A stretch of DNA of 64,000 nucleotides from an uncultured bacterium (GTDB taxonomy: Bacteria > Eisenbacteria > RBG-16-71-46 > CAIMUX01). Both the position numbers and the translations under genes were made by a program. The notes beneath the pieces were generated by a model that saw nothing but the letters and a program-made list of their open reading frames with translations, was not told the DNA's origin and searched no databases. The stretch covers positions 34,230 to 98,229 of the forward strand of contig CAZVYN010000005.1 in assembly GCA_964631125.1 (NCBI GenBank), given 5' to 3'. Positions 49,956 through 59,013 of the stretch are shown in pieces; positions within the stretch are counted from its first letter, which is position 1, and each line of letters opens with the position of its first letter.

Positions 49956-50917
49956 CGCTGTCGATTCCATATCTCGGCGAGTTGGCGGCGCTGGCGGCGG
50001 CGCTGGCGTGGTCGGCGGCGGTCATCCTGTTTCGCCAGGTCGGCGAGCGCGTGCCGCCGGTCGCGCTCAACTTGTTCAAGAACCTGTTCGCGTTGGTGCT
50101 CTTCGCGCTGACCTCGCTCGCTTTGGGCGATGGATTGCTCCAGGCGGCGCCGCTGCGCGACTATTGGCTGCTTCTCGCGAGCGGCGTGATCGGCATCGGC
50201 GTCTGCGATCAGCTCTTCTTCATGAGCCTCAACCGCGTGGGCGCCGGGCTCAACGCCATCGTCACGACGTCGTATAGCCCGTCCGTGATCCTGGTCAGCT
50301 TCATTTTCCTGGGCGAGAGATTGGGTCCGCTGCAACTCCTCGGCGTCGCGCTGATCGTGGGCGCGGTGCTCCTCGTAGCGTGGAGGGAAGAGACGGACCG
50401 GTCCGACGCGAGCCGACGGTCGTCGTTGTTGTCGTTGTCGTCGTCGTCGCCGCCGCCGTTCCGGCCGGCGATGGCGCGTCGGACGCTGCTCGTCGGGGTG
50501 TTTTGCGGTGTCCTGGCCATGGTGACGCAGGCCGTGTCGATCGTGATGGTGAAGCGACTCCTCGAGACATCGCCGCTTTTCTGGGCCAATTTCTGGCGCC
50601 TCGTGGGGGGGATTGCGACCTCGGTCGCGATCATCGTGCTCGTGCGTTCCCAGCGCGTCCACGCCCGCGCCGCGCTCGTCCCGGCCAACTGGCGACTCAT
50701 GGTCCCGGGCGCGCTCATGGGGACCTACGTCTCTCTGATTCTCTGGCTGGCCGGAATGAAGTACACACAAGCGTCGATTGCGTCAGCCATCAACCAGACG
50801 TCTACACTCTGGACGTTCCTGTTCGCCGCCCTCTGGCTGAAGGAGCCGGTGACGCCGATCCGGCTGGTGGGACTCGCGCTCGGAGGGGCCGGCGTGACGA
50901 TGGTGACGTTCGGGTAG
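49880..50917 (+). CDS. EamA/DMT-family transporter with hydrophilic Ser/Pro-rich central loop
   Basis: Two EamA halves of 5 TM each. GTG start at 49880 overlaps the zwf 3' end by 76 nt; TTG at 49982 is the first start after the zwf stop, so the N-terminus is uncertain. Confidence 0.65.
   Translation: MGTAGSRSNHGSRRPAVVQRHAGSVALSIPYLGELAALAAALAWSAAVILFRQVGERVPPVALNLFKNLFALVLFALTSLALGDGLLQAAPLRDYWLLLASGVIGIGVCDQLFFMSLNRVGAGLNAIVTTSYSPSVILVSFIFLGERLGPLQLLGVALIVGAVLLVAWREETDRSDASRRSSLLSLSSSSPPPFRPAMARRTLLVGVFCGVLAMVTQAVSIVMVKRLLETSPLFWANFWRLVGGIATSVAIIVLVRSQRVHARAALVPANWRLMVPGALMGTYVSLILWLAGMKYTQASIASAINQTSTLWTFLFAALWLKEPVTPIRLVGLALGGAGVTMVTFG
50420..50458 (+). repeat. Imperfect trinucleotide tract (TCG/TTG/GTC/GCC)n encoding SSLLSLSSSSPPP
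   Basis: tcgtcgttgttgtcgttgtcgtcgtcgtcgccgccgccg in the central loop of the EamA gene. Confidence 0.5.
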
Positions 50918-50927
50918 AAAGGGAGCC

Positions 50928-51695
50928 ATGCGGGTCGCTACTTGGAATGTGAACTCCGTCCGCGCCAGATGCGAGCGGCTCTTGGCCTGGCTCGAGGCGC
51001 ACCGTCCCGACGTCGTCTGCTTGCAGGAGATCAAGTGTCTCGACGAGCAGTTCCCCCGCGAGCCGGTGGAGGATCTCGGCTACAACATCGAGACCTTCGG
51101 GCAGAAGACCTACAACGGCGTGGCGATCCTCGCGCGCACGCGAATCGAGGATGTCGTCCGCGGCATGCCGGGGGACGACGAGAGCTCGCAACGACGCGTG
51201 ATCGCCGCCACCGTCGGCGACGTGCGGTACATCAATGCGTACGTGGTGAACGGGGAGAAGGTCGGCTCGGAGAAGTACGCCTACAAGCTGGAGTGGATGG
51301 CGCGCCTCGCCGACTACGCGCACGGCGTCGCTCGTGAGTACGAAGCGACAGTCCTGACCGGTGATTTCAATGTGACCTTCGACGACCGGGACGTCCACGA
51401 CCCCGAAGCGTGGCGAGAGAAGATACTCTGCTCGACGCCCGAACGAGACGCACTGCGACGCATCCAGGGGGAGTACTACCGTGACGCCATGAGGAAGTTC
51501 ACCGAAGAGAAAGGCGCGTACACTTGGTGGGACTTCCGCACCGGAGCGTTCCGCGGCGATCGCGGACTTCGCATCGACCACTTCCTCGTCACGCCGGCCG
51601 CACATGAGCGCGCGCGCGAATTCTTCGTCGATCGCGAGGAGCGAGCGGGCGAGAAGCCGAGCGACCATGCGCCGGTCTTCTTGGCGCTCGACTGA
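50928..51695 (+). CDS. xthA: Exodeoxyribonuclease III (AP endonuclease)
   Basis: EEP-fold motifs: WNVNS, CLQEIK, GDFNV, SDHAPV. Confidence 0.9.
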   Translation: MRVATWNVNSVRARCERLLAWLEAHRPDVVCLQEIKCLDEQFPREPVEDLGYNIETFGQKTYNGVAILARTRIEDVVRGMPGDDESSQRRVIAATVGDVRYINAYVVNGEKVGSEKYAYKLEWMARLADYAHGVAREYEATVLTGDFNVTFDDRDVHDPEAWREKILCSTPERDALRRIQGEYYRDAMRKFTEEKGAYTWWDFRTGAFRGDRGLRIDHFLVTPAAHERAREFFVDREERAGEKPSDHAPVFLALD

Positions 51696-51713
51696 GAGCC
51701 AGAGAGCCCGCTC

Positions 51714-54700
51714 GTGAAGAAAAGCGACGATCCCGCTTCCGATCCGACCGTCGAGTCGGCGGTCGGCCCTTCCGACCTGACCCAGGAGTCCGAGAGTCTC
51801 CCGCTCTCGATCGGCGCCTATCGGATCCTGGGAGAGTTGGGACGAGGAGGGATGGGGGTCGTCTATCGGGCGGAGGACGCGCGGCTCCGTCGTCATGTCG
51901 CACTCAAGGTTCTGCCTGAGGCGATGGGCAACGACCCGCGTCGACTCGAACGCTTCCGCAGTGAGGCGCGCCTGCTTGCCGCGCTCAATCATCCGAACGT
52001 AGCCACCATCTACTCGCTCGAAGAGGCGGACGACCGCTCGTTCCTCACGATGGAGTGCATCGAAGGGGAGACGCTGAGCGCGCGCATCCTCCGAGAGCGA
52101 CCGTCGATCGATGCTGCGCTCGGGATCGCGAGACAGATCGCCGCGGCGCTGGAGGCGGCGCATCGCCGCGGAGTCATCCACCGGGACCTGAAGCCCGGCA
52201 ACGTGCTGGCGACATCGGACGGCCTGGTCAAGGTGGTCGACTTCGGACTCGCGGTCGCGCTCGCGGACGAGCGTGCGCCCGCCACGGCCGAGTCGCGTCG
52301 GATCATGGGCACGCCGGGGTACATGAGCCCCGAGCAGACGAGAGGCGACGCGGTCGACGAGCGGACGGATCTCTGGGCGTTCGGCTGCATCGTCTACGAA
52401 TGCCTGTCCGGCTCGCGGGCGTTCGACGGATCGACCGCGACGATCCGCATCAAGCAGAGCCTGGAGCAGAACGTCGAGCTGAGCCGCCTCGATGCGAACG
52501 TCTCCCCTCGGCTGCGCGCCCTACTCGCTCGGTGTCTTTCACGCGAGCTCGAAGGGCGTTTCGCCTCCGCCGCTGACGCGCGCCGCATCCTCGAAGAAGA
52601 GATCGCCAGCCGGGAATTGGCGCGGCTTCAACCGAGTGGAGACTCCGTCCCGGCTTCCAACGACGGTGCGCCTCGGCCGATCAGTCGTTTCCCTCGACCG
52701 CTCACCCCGTTCATCGGTCGTGAGGCGCCGAGGCGAAGCCTGGCGACCCGCCTCGCCGAGCATCGACTCGTCACGGTGACGGGGTTCGGCGGCTGCGGGA
52801 AGTCCCGGCTCGCCCTCCAGGTGGCGCAGGATCTCGCGCCGGAGTTTCCGGATGGCGTCTACTGGGTCGAACTCGGGTCTTTGACCGATTCGGAACTCAT
52901 CGCCGACGCAATCGGTCGGACTCTGGGAGGAATCGACGCCGCGCTCCCGATGCGGGAGGCCTTGGTGGCGCGACTGGCGGCTCGCCGCGCGCTCGTCTGT
53001 CTGGACAATTGCGAGCACGTGCGTGCGCCGCTCGCCGAGTTGACGCAGATGTTGCTGCAGGCGTGCGGCGATCTGCGGATCATGACGACCAGTCGGGAGT
53101 CGCTCGGCCTGGCAGGCGAGGCGCTCTTTCCTCTCTCGCCGTTCGAGTTGCCCCAGAACGACGCGACGGTCGCGGGCCTGGAAGCGAACGAGGCGGCGCG
53201 TCTTTTCGTGGCGCGCGCGCAGGCCGCCGATCAGTCGTTCCGTCTCACGCCGCAGAATGCGGGATCCGTGTCTGAGATCTGCCGCGAGCTCGACGGCATT
53301 CCGCTCGCGCTAGAGCTGGCGGCCGCGCGCGCCTCCGCGATTTCCGTCGGCGAAATCGCCAAGCGCTTGGAGCACCGTTTCCGCCTGCTCACCACGACGG
53401 GCGCGGGGGTCTTGCCGCATCACCGCACCCTGAGGGCTCTCGTCGATTGGAGCTACGAGCAGCTCGGTGAAGACGAGCGGGTGCTCTTTCGCCGGCTCGC
53501 GGTTTGTCCCGGCGGATGGAGCCTCGAGCTCGCAGAGGCGATCGCGTGCGACGAGAAGCTGGAAGCATGGCAGGTGCTCGACCTGCTTACGCATCTCGTG
53601 CAGAAATCGATGGTCGAAATCGATGCCGAGGGGTCCCGCTCGACCGGTCGCGCGCGGTACCGCTTCCTCACGACGGTTCGGCAGTATGCAGGGGAACAGT
53701 TGGATCAGTCGGGCGAGCGCGACGTGCTGTTGGATCGATTCCGCGTGGCTCTCGCGGAATTGGCGGAGCGCGCGGAACCGCACCTCGTCGGTCCGGCCGA
53801 GCGCGAGTGGAACCAGCGACTCGATCAAGAGCAGGCGAACTACAGCCTCGCGATCGATACGGGACTGAGAGAAGACCCGGCGCCTGCGATTCGCATCGCA
53901 GCCACCCTCGGACGCTATTGGGACATCCGTGGACGATGGCACGAGGGGCGAGCGCTCCTGTCCCGATGTCTGGAGCATCCGGCGGCGCGAGAGCCCAACC
54001 ATCTCCGCGCGAGGCTCCTCGGCTTGGCCGGAAATCTCGCCTACAACCAGTGCGACTACGCCGCAGCGCAACGTCTGCAGGAGGAGTGCCTCGAGATCGG
54101 GCGCGCGTTGGCGGATCCGGTCCACATCGCAGCCTGCCTGAGCAATCTCGCCAACATCCAATCGGATCTCGGCGATCTCCCGGCGGCGCGCTCGCTCTTC
54201 GAGGAGGGGCTCGCGTTGTACCGGCAAGTGGGGCAGAAGTGGGGAATTGCCGCGACGCTCGCGAATCTCGGCATCATCCTCTGGAAGCAGCAAGAACTCA
54301 CGGAAGCGCGCACCCTGATGCAAGAAGGACTCGCGCTCTTCCGCGAGTTGAAGAATTACTGGGCGGTCGCCTACTCGCTGAACCACCTCGGTCTCGTCGA
54401 GTTCGACGAGGGGAATCTGGAACGGGCGCGAGGCTATCAGGACGAGGGGCTCGCGCTCGAACAAGAGCTTGGAGATCCGCGCGGAATCGCGATGTCGCGA
54501 CAGAACCTAGCCGAGGTCTCGTGGCGGGAGGGGAAGACCGCGGAGGCGCTGCGTCTCTATGGCGAATCGGCCGCCGGGTTCAGCGAACTGGGCGCTCGGC
54601 TCTCGGTGCTCGGGGTGATCGAGTCGATGTTGCCGGCCATCTGTGCGGTGCACGGCGCCGAGCGCGCCGCCCATCTGGCGGGCGCCACCGCGAATCTGCG

Positions 54701-54911
54701 CGAAACTGAAGGGCTTCCGCCGGCGATCGACCCGCGCCGCAAGCACCTGGCGACCGTGACCGCGCTCCAGTCGGAGTTGGGCGAAGAGAAGTTCCGCTCC
54801 CTCGCGGAGGCCGGTGCGCGCATGACCTTCGAGCAATTGGTCGCCGGCATCGCCTCTGACATCGCCCCTGAGATCGCCCCTGAGATCGCCCCTGAGATCG
54901 CGGAGGCGTGA
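51714..54911 (+). CDS. Ser/Thr protein kinase fused to AAA/NB-ARC-like ATPase and TPR repeats
   Basis: Hanks kinase motifs (GRGGMGVVY, HRDLKPGNVL, DFGLA, GTPGYMSPE). P-loop VTGFGGCGKSRLALQVA. The C-terminal ~400 aa are TPR repeats, followed by an IAPE tandem repeat tail. Confidence 0.85.
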   Translation: MKKSDDPASDPTVESAVGPSDLTQESESLPLSIGAYRILGELGRGGMGVVYRAEDARLRRHVALKVLPEAMGNDPRRLERFRSEARLLAALNHPNVATIYSLEEADDRSFLTMECIEGETLSARILRERPSIDAALGIARQIAAALEAAHRRGVIHRDLKPGNVLATSDGLVKVVDFGLAVALADERAPATAESRRIMGTPGYMSPEQTRGDAVDERTDLWAFGCIVYECLSGSRAFDGSTATIRIKQSLEQNVELSRLDANVSPRLRALLARCLSRELEGRFASAADARRILEEEIASRELARLQPSGDSVPASNDGAPRPISRFPRPLTPFIGREAPRRSLATRLAEHRLVTVTGFGGCGKSRLALQVAQDLAPEFPDGVYWVELGSLTDSELIADAIGRTLGGIDAALPMREALVARLAARRALVCLDNCEHVRAPLAELTQMLLQACGDLRIMTTSRESLGLAGEALFPLSPFELPQNDATVAGLEANEAARLFVARAQAADQSFRLTPQNAGSVSEICRELDGIPLALELAAARASAISVGEIAKRLEHRFRLLTTTGAGVLPHHRTLRALVDWSYEQLGEDERVLFRRLAVCPGGWSLELAEAIACDEKLEAWQVLDLLTHLVQKSMVEIDAEGSRSTGRARYRFLTTVRQYAGEQLDQSGERDVLLDRFRVALAELAERAEPHLVGPAEREWNQRLDQEQANYSLAIDTGLREDPAPAIRIAATLGRYWDIRGRWHEGRALLSRCLEHPAAREPNHLRARLLGLAGNLAYNQCDYAAAQRLQEECLEIGRALADPVHIAACLSNLANIQSDLGDLPAARSLFEEGLALYRQVGQKWGIAATLANLGIILWKQQELTEARTLMQEGLALFRELKNYWAVAYSLNHLGLVEFDEGNLERARGYQDEGLALEQELGDPRGIAMSRQNLAEVSWREGKTAEALRLYGESAAGFSELGARLSVLGVIESMLPAICAVHGAERAAHLAGATANLRETEGLPPAIDPRRKHLATVTALQSELGEEKFRSLAEAGARMTFEQLVAGIASDIAPEIAPEIAPEIAEA
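54849..54908 (+). repeat. 12-bp tandem repeat (atcgcccctgag x3, flanked by degenerate copies) encoding IASD-IAPE-IAPE-IAPE-IAEA
   Basis: Three perfect direct repeats at the 3' end of the kinase gene. Confidence 0.7.
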
Positions 54912-54913
54912 CC

Positions 54914-55933
54914 TCAGTTCTTCGCCGTTCCTCCTGGAGAGTCCGGCCAGAGCTTGCCCCACTCCTCCACCCATCCGCGCATCGTGCGTCCGACGATCTT
55001 GAGGTCGTCCGGTGTCGGAAAGACGATCTCGTCTTTCGGGAAGCTGAAGAGTCCCGAGCGTCCCTGCTTCTTCTTGTTGTAGCCGGTCGCGACGCCATAC
55101 CAGACGCCCTCGTGGCGGAAGAGCGCGAGCCCGAGGACGTCGGTGTCGTCGATGGCGCCGCCGAGCAAGCGGTCCACTAGGCCGTCGATGTCGATCGCCA
55201 CGGACCCGGCGGCCAGGCCGAAGAGATGCACATTCTCCAGCACGACCTGGTTGTCAGGCGCCGGCGACCCCGCCGCAGCCGCCGCGGCGCGAACCCGCTT
55301 TCGCTCCTTCGTCTCGGGCAAGCTGAGTGAGACCGTACCCAGATTCCACTCGCGAAAGATGCAGGTCTCCGAGGCGTTGAAGCTCCCCGGGTTGTATCCG
55401 AGGACGCTGTAGGGGACCGGTAGGTCGACATCGCCGCGGAAACGCACCAGTACTTCCGCGGTGCGTCCGAGTTCGACCGGGGTCCGCGTGAGGTAGTCGA
55501 GCTTCTGCCAGGGCAGCTTGCTCTTCCGACCGAGACGACCCATCTCGCTGGCGACCCTTTCGCCCGAGAGTTCGCCGTAGACGTCGTCTTCCACGAGCCC
55601 GACGAGTAACGAAAAGATCGGGTCGGCGACCCCGGGATGCAGCGTCAACCGATCCGGGATCGGGCGCGGTATGGCGCCAGCGGCGATCTGAGGGAGCGGG
55701 GAGGCGGTGGGGGGCAGAGCCCGAAGTTCGGGCGGTCGAACGACGGTCGATTCGGGCGAAGCGGAGGCGCGAGCGGCGGGAGTAGCGCAGAGCGAGATCG
55801 GCGCAGAGAGCAGCGCCGCGACGAGGAGCCACTTGAATCGGAACGGAGGACGCACCTCGCAATCTTGGCATGTGTGCTTCGAGATCGGCAACGTGACGAG
55901 GGCAACGGTCGACGCCGATGGCTCCTTGACCAC
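54914..55933 (-). CDS. Hypothetical secreted protein
   Basis: Long ORF with a signal-like hydrophobic segment (FKWLLVAALLSAPISLCA) after ~35 N-terminal residues, so the start may be internal. No family recognised. Confidence 0.45.
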   Translation of the reverse strand: MVKEPSASTVALVTLPISKHTCQDCEVRPPFRFKWLLVAALLSAPISLCATPAARASASPESTVVRPPELRALPPTASPLPQIAAGAIPRPIPDRLTLHPGVADPIFSLLVGLVEDDVYGELSGERVASEMGRLGRKSKLPWQKLDYLTRTPVELGRTAEVLVRFRGDVDLPVPYSVLGYNPGSFNASETCIFREWNLGTVSLSLPETKERKRVRAAAAAAGSPAPDNQVVLENVHLFGLAAGSVAIDIDGLVDRLLGGAIDDTDVLGLALFRHEGVWYGVATGYNKKKQGRSGLFSFPKDEIVFPTPDDLKIVGRTMRGWVEEWGKLWPDSPGGTAKN

Positions 55934-55996
55934 GTCGAATTCTGCTCCTTACCTTCCGGGGCGCACCGTGACTACCGATGCACCGAGGAGGACGTG

Positions 55997-56398
55997 ATGG
56001 ACTCGACGACGCCCGGCGCCTATAACGCGAACCAGGGGATCTCGCCCGAGGAGCTGCGGCGCGCGATCCGACAAGAGCTGACCGAGGCGGGCTTCTTCCC
56101 AAGCAAGAAGGTTGAGCTGGCCGCCCGGTGGAAAGGGGGCGAACTGATCATGAAGCCCGGGAAGGTAGATCTGCAGGAGAAGGCGATCCCGATCGACGCG
56201 TTCTTCCGCAAGGTGGTCTTGGTGCGAGAGACGCTGCGGAACCTCGAGCGCGAGATCAACAACCACCCGAAGTTGGAAGACGGCGAGCGAGTCGAGCTGC
56301 AGCAGTACATCACCCGCATCTACGGCTCGTTCACGACCTTCAACGTGCTCTTCGACGACAAGGTGGACCAGTTCGTCGGGCAGAGCAGCGGGCGCTAA
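55997..56398 (+). CDS. Hypothetical 133-aa protein
   Basis: Track ORF 55637..56398. ATG at M121 is preceded by the strong RBS GAGGAGGACGTG. The upstream part is Arg/Gly-rich low complexity. No family recognised. Confidence 0.5.
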   Translation: MDSTTPGAYNANQGISPEELRRAIRQELTEAGFFPSKKVELAARWKGGELIMKPGKVDLQEKAIPIDAFFRKVVLVRETLRNLEREINNHPKLEDGERVELQQYITRIYGSFTTFNVLFDDKVDQFVGQSSGR

Positions 56399-56407
56399 CG
56401 CCGGATG

Positions 56408-56450
56408 CGAAGACGCCCGCAGATCCGGGTGGATCTGCGGGCGTCTTTCA
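56408..56450. terminator. Bidirectional intrinsic-terminator-like hairpin between convergent genes
   Basis: A perfect 16-bp inverted repeat (agacgcccgcagatcc / ggatctgcgggcgtct) with a 4-nt loop, followed by TTTC, lies between the 55997..56398 (+) and 56483..57580 (-) genes. Confidence 0.6.
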
Positions 56451-56482
56451 CGAACAGAACTCGAAGCAAGGTGATGGGACGG

Positions 56483-57580
56483 CTAGCGGTAGCGGTTCTT
56501 GATGGAACCCCACGTGGCTTCGTCCGTCGGCACCGGCGGCGGGCACTCGATCGAATCGCAGTCCGTGCCGTTGCCTTGGTACTGGCCGCCCTGGTCATCG
56601 CAGTCAGCCAGCGTCGTGACGATGCACTCGCCGGTCACGAGGCAGCACGCACCCTGCGGGAGCGGGCAAACCACCGTGTCGCAGTCGGTGCCCTGACCCT
56701 GGAACTGCCCGCCCTGGTTTTCGCAGTCGGCGGGGGTTCCGTAGGTGCAGTCGCCCGTCGGCAAGCAGCAGGCGCCGCACGGGGGAGGAGAGCAGGGCGA
56801 CGGGTCGCAGCCTGTGCCGTCTCCGTAGTACTGCCCGTCCTGATTCGCGCAATCGAACGCCGTCGTGATGATGCAGGGGCTCGCTCCGCACGGGTCGACC
56901 GGCGGCAAGCAGCAGGCGCCGTTCGGGGCGTTCCCGAAGAGCGTCTTCTCGATGTTGCTGACGATGGTGAACTCGTCGCACGCCGGCGTAGTCGGCTGAT
57001 ACCCGCCTTGCTGCGTTTCGCACGCCTGGTACTCGCCGGCCGGAATGAAGAACCAGCAGGCCGCGCCGCTGTCGTCGGTGAACTTGCAGTCGTTCAGCGG
57101 GCCGGTGATGCAGATCTCCCAGCCCTCGGCCAACGACTCGGTGTCCTCGTCGAAGGTTCCGTCGCCGTCGAGATCGATGTACTTGAATGCGCAGTATCCG
57201 CGCGTCAGGCCAGCGACCAGGAATCCATCACGGATCGTGGCGCTCGGTCCCTCTACCGACGTGTAGTCGACCTGATAGTGGTAGATGCCGTCGTCCAAAC
57301 CGGCCGGCACGTTCCAGTAGAGGTAGTAGTAGGTGCTGCCCGGGTACTCGATATCGAACACGGTCTGGTCTGAACCGTCGAAGATTCTGATGCGCAGGTT
57401 CTCGGGCGTGGTTCCGTCCGGCTGAACATCGCACCACGCCAGAAAGAGACCGCCTGGATTGGCGACGTGCCCCGGTAGCTGGGGATCCATTCCATAGTCG
57501 ACGGTCGGCGCCGCTTGGGCCGAAGCGGCCGCGCCGACGAGAGCGCAACAGACGAGAGCGGTCTTTAGCAGAGTCTTCAT
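56483..57580 (-). CDS. Secreted Cys-rich tandem-repeat protein ending in TWGSIKNRYR
   Basis: Signal peptide MKTLLKTALVCCALVGAAASAQA. The C-terminal half holds 3-4 ~40-aa repeats with conserved Cys spacing (ACCLP..DC...DC.NQGGQ(F/Y)QG.GTDCD). The extreme C-terminal motif is EATWGSIKNRYR. Start at ATG M32 of the track ORF, with GAGGAAG upstream. Confidence 0.7.
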   Translation of the reverse strand: MKTLLKTALVCCALVGAAASAQAAPTVDYGMDPQLPGHVANPGGLFLAWCDVQPDGTTPENLRIRIFDGSDQTVFDIEYPGSTYYYLYWNVPAGLDDGIYHYQVDYTSVEGPSATIRDGFLVAGLTRGYCAFKYIDLDGDGTFDEDTESLAEGWEICITGPLNDCKFTDDSGAACWFFIPAGEYQACETQQGGYQPTTPACDEFTIVSNIEKTLFGNAPNGACCLPPVDPCGASPCIITTAFDCANQDGQYYGDGTGCDPSPCSPPPCGACCLPTGDCTYGTPADCENQGGQFQGQGTDCDTVVCPLPQGACCLVTGECIVTTLADCDDQGGQYQGNGTDCDSIECPPPVPTDEATWGSIKNRYR

Positions 57581-57966
57581 AGGCTTCCTCGAGTTCAGTC
57601 GCGACAACATCACGTTCGCAGGTAGTTGGAGCCCGATGTGCGCGCTCTGGGGGGACCGTGAACGCAGCACCACGACGAAAACCGCGATCGGTCCGAAACC
57701 TCATGTCTCGGAACTCGCACCAAATAGTCTAAGGACGCCCGGTGACGCGCGACAAGCCCAAAACCGGCTCTTCTGCAGTTCCCAAAAAAAGAGTCGCATA
57801 GACGACTGCGCCGGTCGGCTAAGACTCCGCGGAGAGGGTTGAAGTGCCATCCCGTTGGCGTCCAGAGAGTTCCGAGAATAGGCGCCGCGTCCTCCCCGTC
57901 GAAGGAGAACCCGGCTACCATCGCCCGATGCGGCGGCGCGTCTGCGTCGATGAGAAGGAGGCAACG

Positions 57967-58503
57967 ATGATCGAGCGACCACGCGAGGGAGAGTTCGCCG
58001 AGTTCTACCGTGGCTACGTCATGGAAGTCGCTGACGCGGACGTGATCTCGGTGCTGGAGCGCCAGCAAGACGAGCTGCTTCGACTGGCGGCGGAGGTCTC
58101 GCCGGAGCGCGAGACTCACCGCTACGCGCCCGGCAAGTGGAGTATCCGCGAAGTTGTCGGGCATCTGACCGACGGCGAACGGGTCTTCGGATATCGCGCG
58201 TACTGCATCGCGCGGGGCGAGCAGGGGCCGCTCCCCGGATTCGACGAGGACCGCTATGTCGCGGACGGCGACTCCGATCGTCAGCCGCTGCTTCGACTGG
58301 CCGAGGAGTTCGTCGCGGCGCGCGCAGCGAATCTGACGACGTTCCGCAGGCTGGACGAGACGGCGTTGGCCCGCCTCGGAAACGCCAACGGCCGCCCGAT
58401 CTCCGTGCGGGCGCTCGCCTTCATCATGGCGGGGCATGTCCGCCACCACTTGGAGGTCGTCCGCGAACGGTACCGGCCGCTGCACAAAGGCGAGTCTTCG
58501 TGA
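57967..58503 (+). CDS. DinB/YfiT-like (DinB_2) metal-dependent protein
   Basis: 4-helix DinB_2 pattern with conserved His (HRYAPGKWSIREVVGHLTDGERVF...AGHVRHHLEVV). ATG at M42 of the track ORF, preceded by AAGGAGG. Confidence 0.7.
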   Translation: MIERPREGEFAEFYRGYVMEVADADVISVLERQQDELLRLAAEVSPERETHRYAPGKWSIREVVGHLTDGERVFGYRAYCIARGEQGPLPGFDEDRYVADGDSDRQPLLRLAEEFVAARAANLTTFRRLDETALARLGNANGRPISVRALAFIMAGHVRHHLEVVRERYRPLHKGESS

Positions 58504-58619
58504 ACTCGCCAAGGTCATGGCGCGCAGTTCCGATCGCTTGACCGAGCTCCGGCGCGAGGCGAGCGGGATCCCCGGCGTGCATCGCGTGGTGGATCGGTTC
58601 GGGATCGAGACGCGGCCGC

Positions 58620-58970
58620 CTAGTCGTCGTCGCCGGGCCGTCTCCGCTCCTGCTTCACTCGTCCCCTGCGCACCTTCTCTTGGACTCGCTCGGCCTTGAC
58701 CGCACGCGACGGCTTCGTCGCCACTCGCGGCGTCGGCTTGTGGGCGCGGGCGACCAAGGCGAGGCGGACCTGTTCGAGGGCATGCAGCTTGTTCGCCGAC
58801 TGACTGCGCGACGCGGTGCCTTGGCGCGTCACCCCCGTCGGTCGATGCACGACTCGCACCGACGACTCGGTCTTGTTCTTCTTCTGTCCACCAGGCCCGG
58901 ACGACTTGAACGGGGTCACATCGCACTCGGCCAGCAGATCGAGCAGCTCTCGGGTCCATCGCAGTGACAT
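58620..58970 (-). CDS. arfB: Peptidyl-tRNA hydrolase ArfB (alternative ribosome-rescue factor B)
   Basis: GGQ motif in the RF-1-like domain (SSGPGGQKKNKTESSVRV) and a basic C-terminal tail. Start at M35 of the track ORF with AGGAGG 9 nt upstream. Confidence 0.75.
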   Translation of the reverse strand: MSLRWTRELLDLLAECDVTPFKSSGPGGQKKNKTESSVRVVHRPTGVTRQGTASRSQSANKLHALEQVRLALVARAHKPTPRVATKPSRAVKAERVQEKVRRGRVKQERRRPGDDD

Positions 58971-59013
58971 GGGCGGGGCCTCCTCTGTGAGCGGCCTATG
59001 GTAGTTTCCCGCC

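Noticed and set aside
48870-49970. 366-aa - strand ORF opposite zwf
   Set aside because: Antisense artefact.
50802-54464. 459-aa and 384-aa - strand ORFs opposite xthA and the STK-AAA-TPR gene
   Set aside because: Antisense, with no motifs.
57610-58959. 449-aa - strand ORF spanning the DinB/ArfB region
   Set aside because: It conflicts with two well-supported opposite-strand or same-strand genes that have strong RBSs. Its Arg/Ala-rich translation is an artefact.
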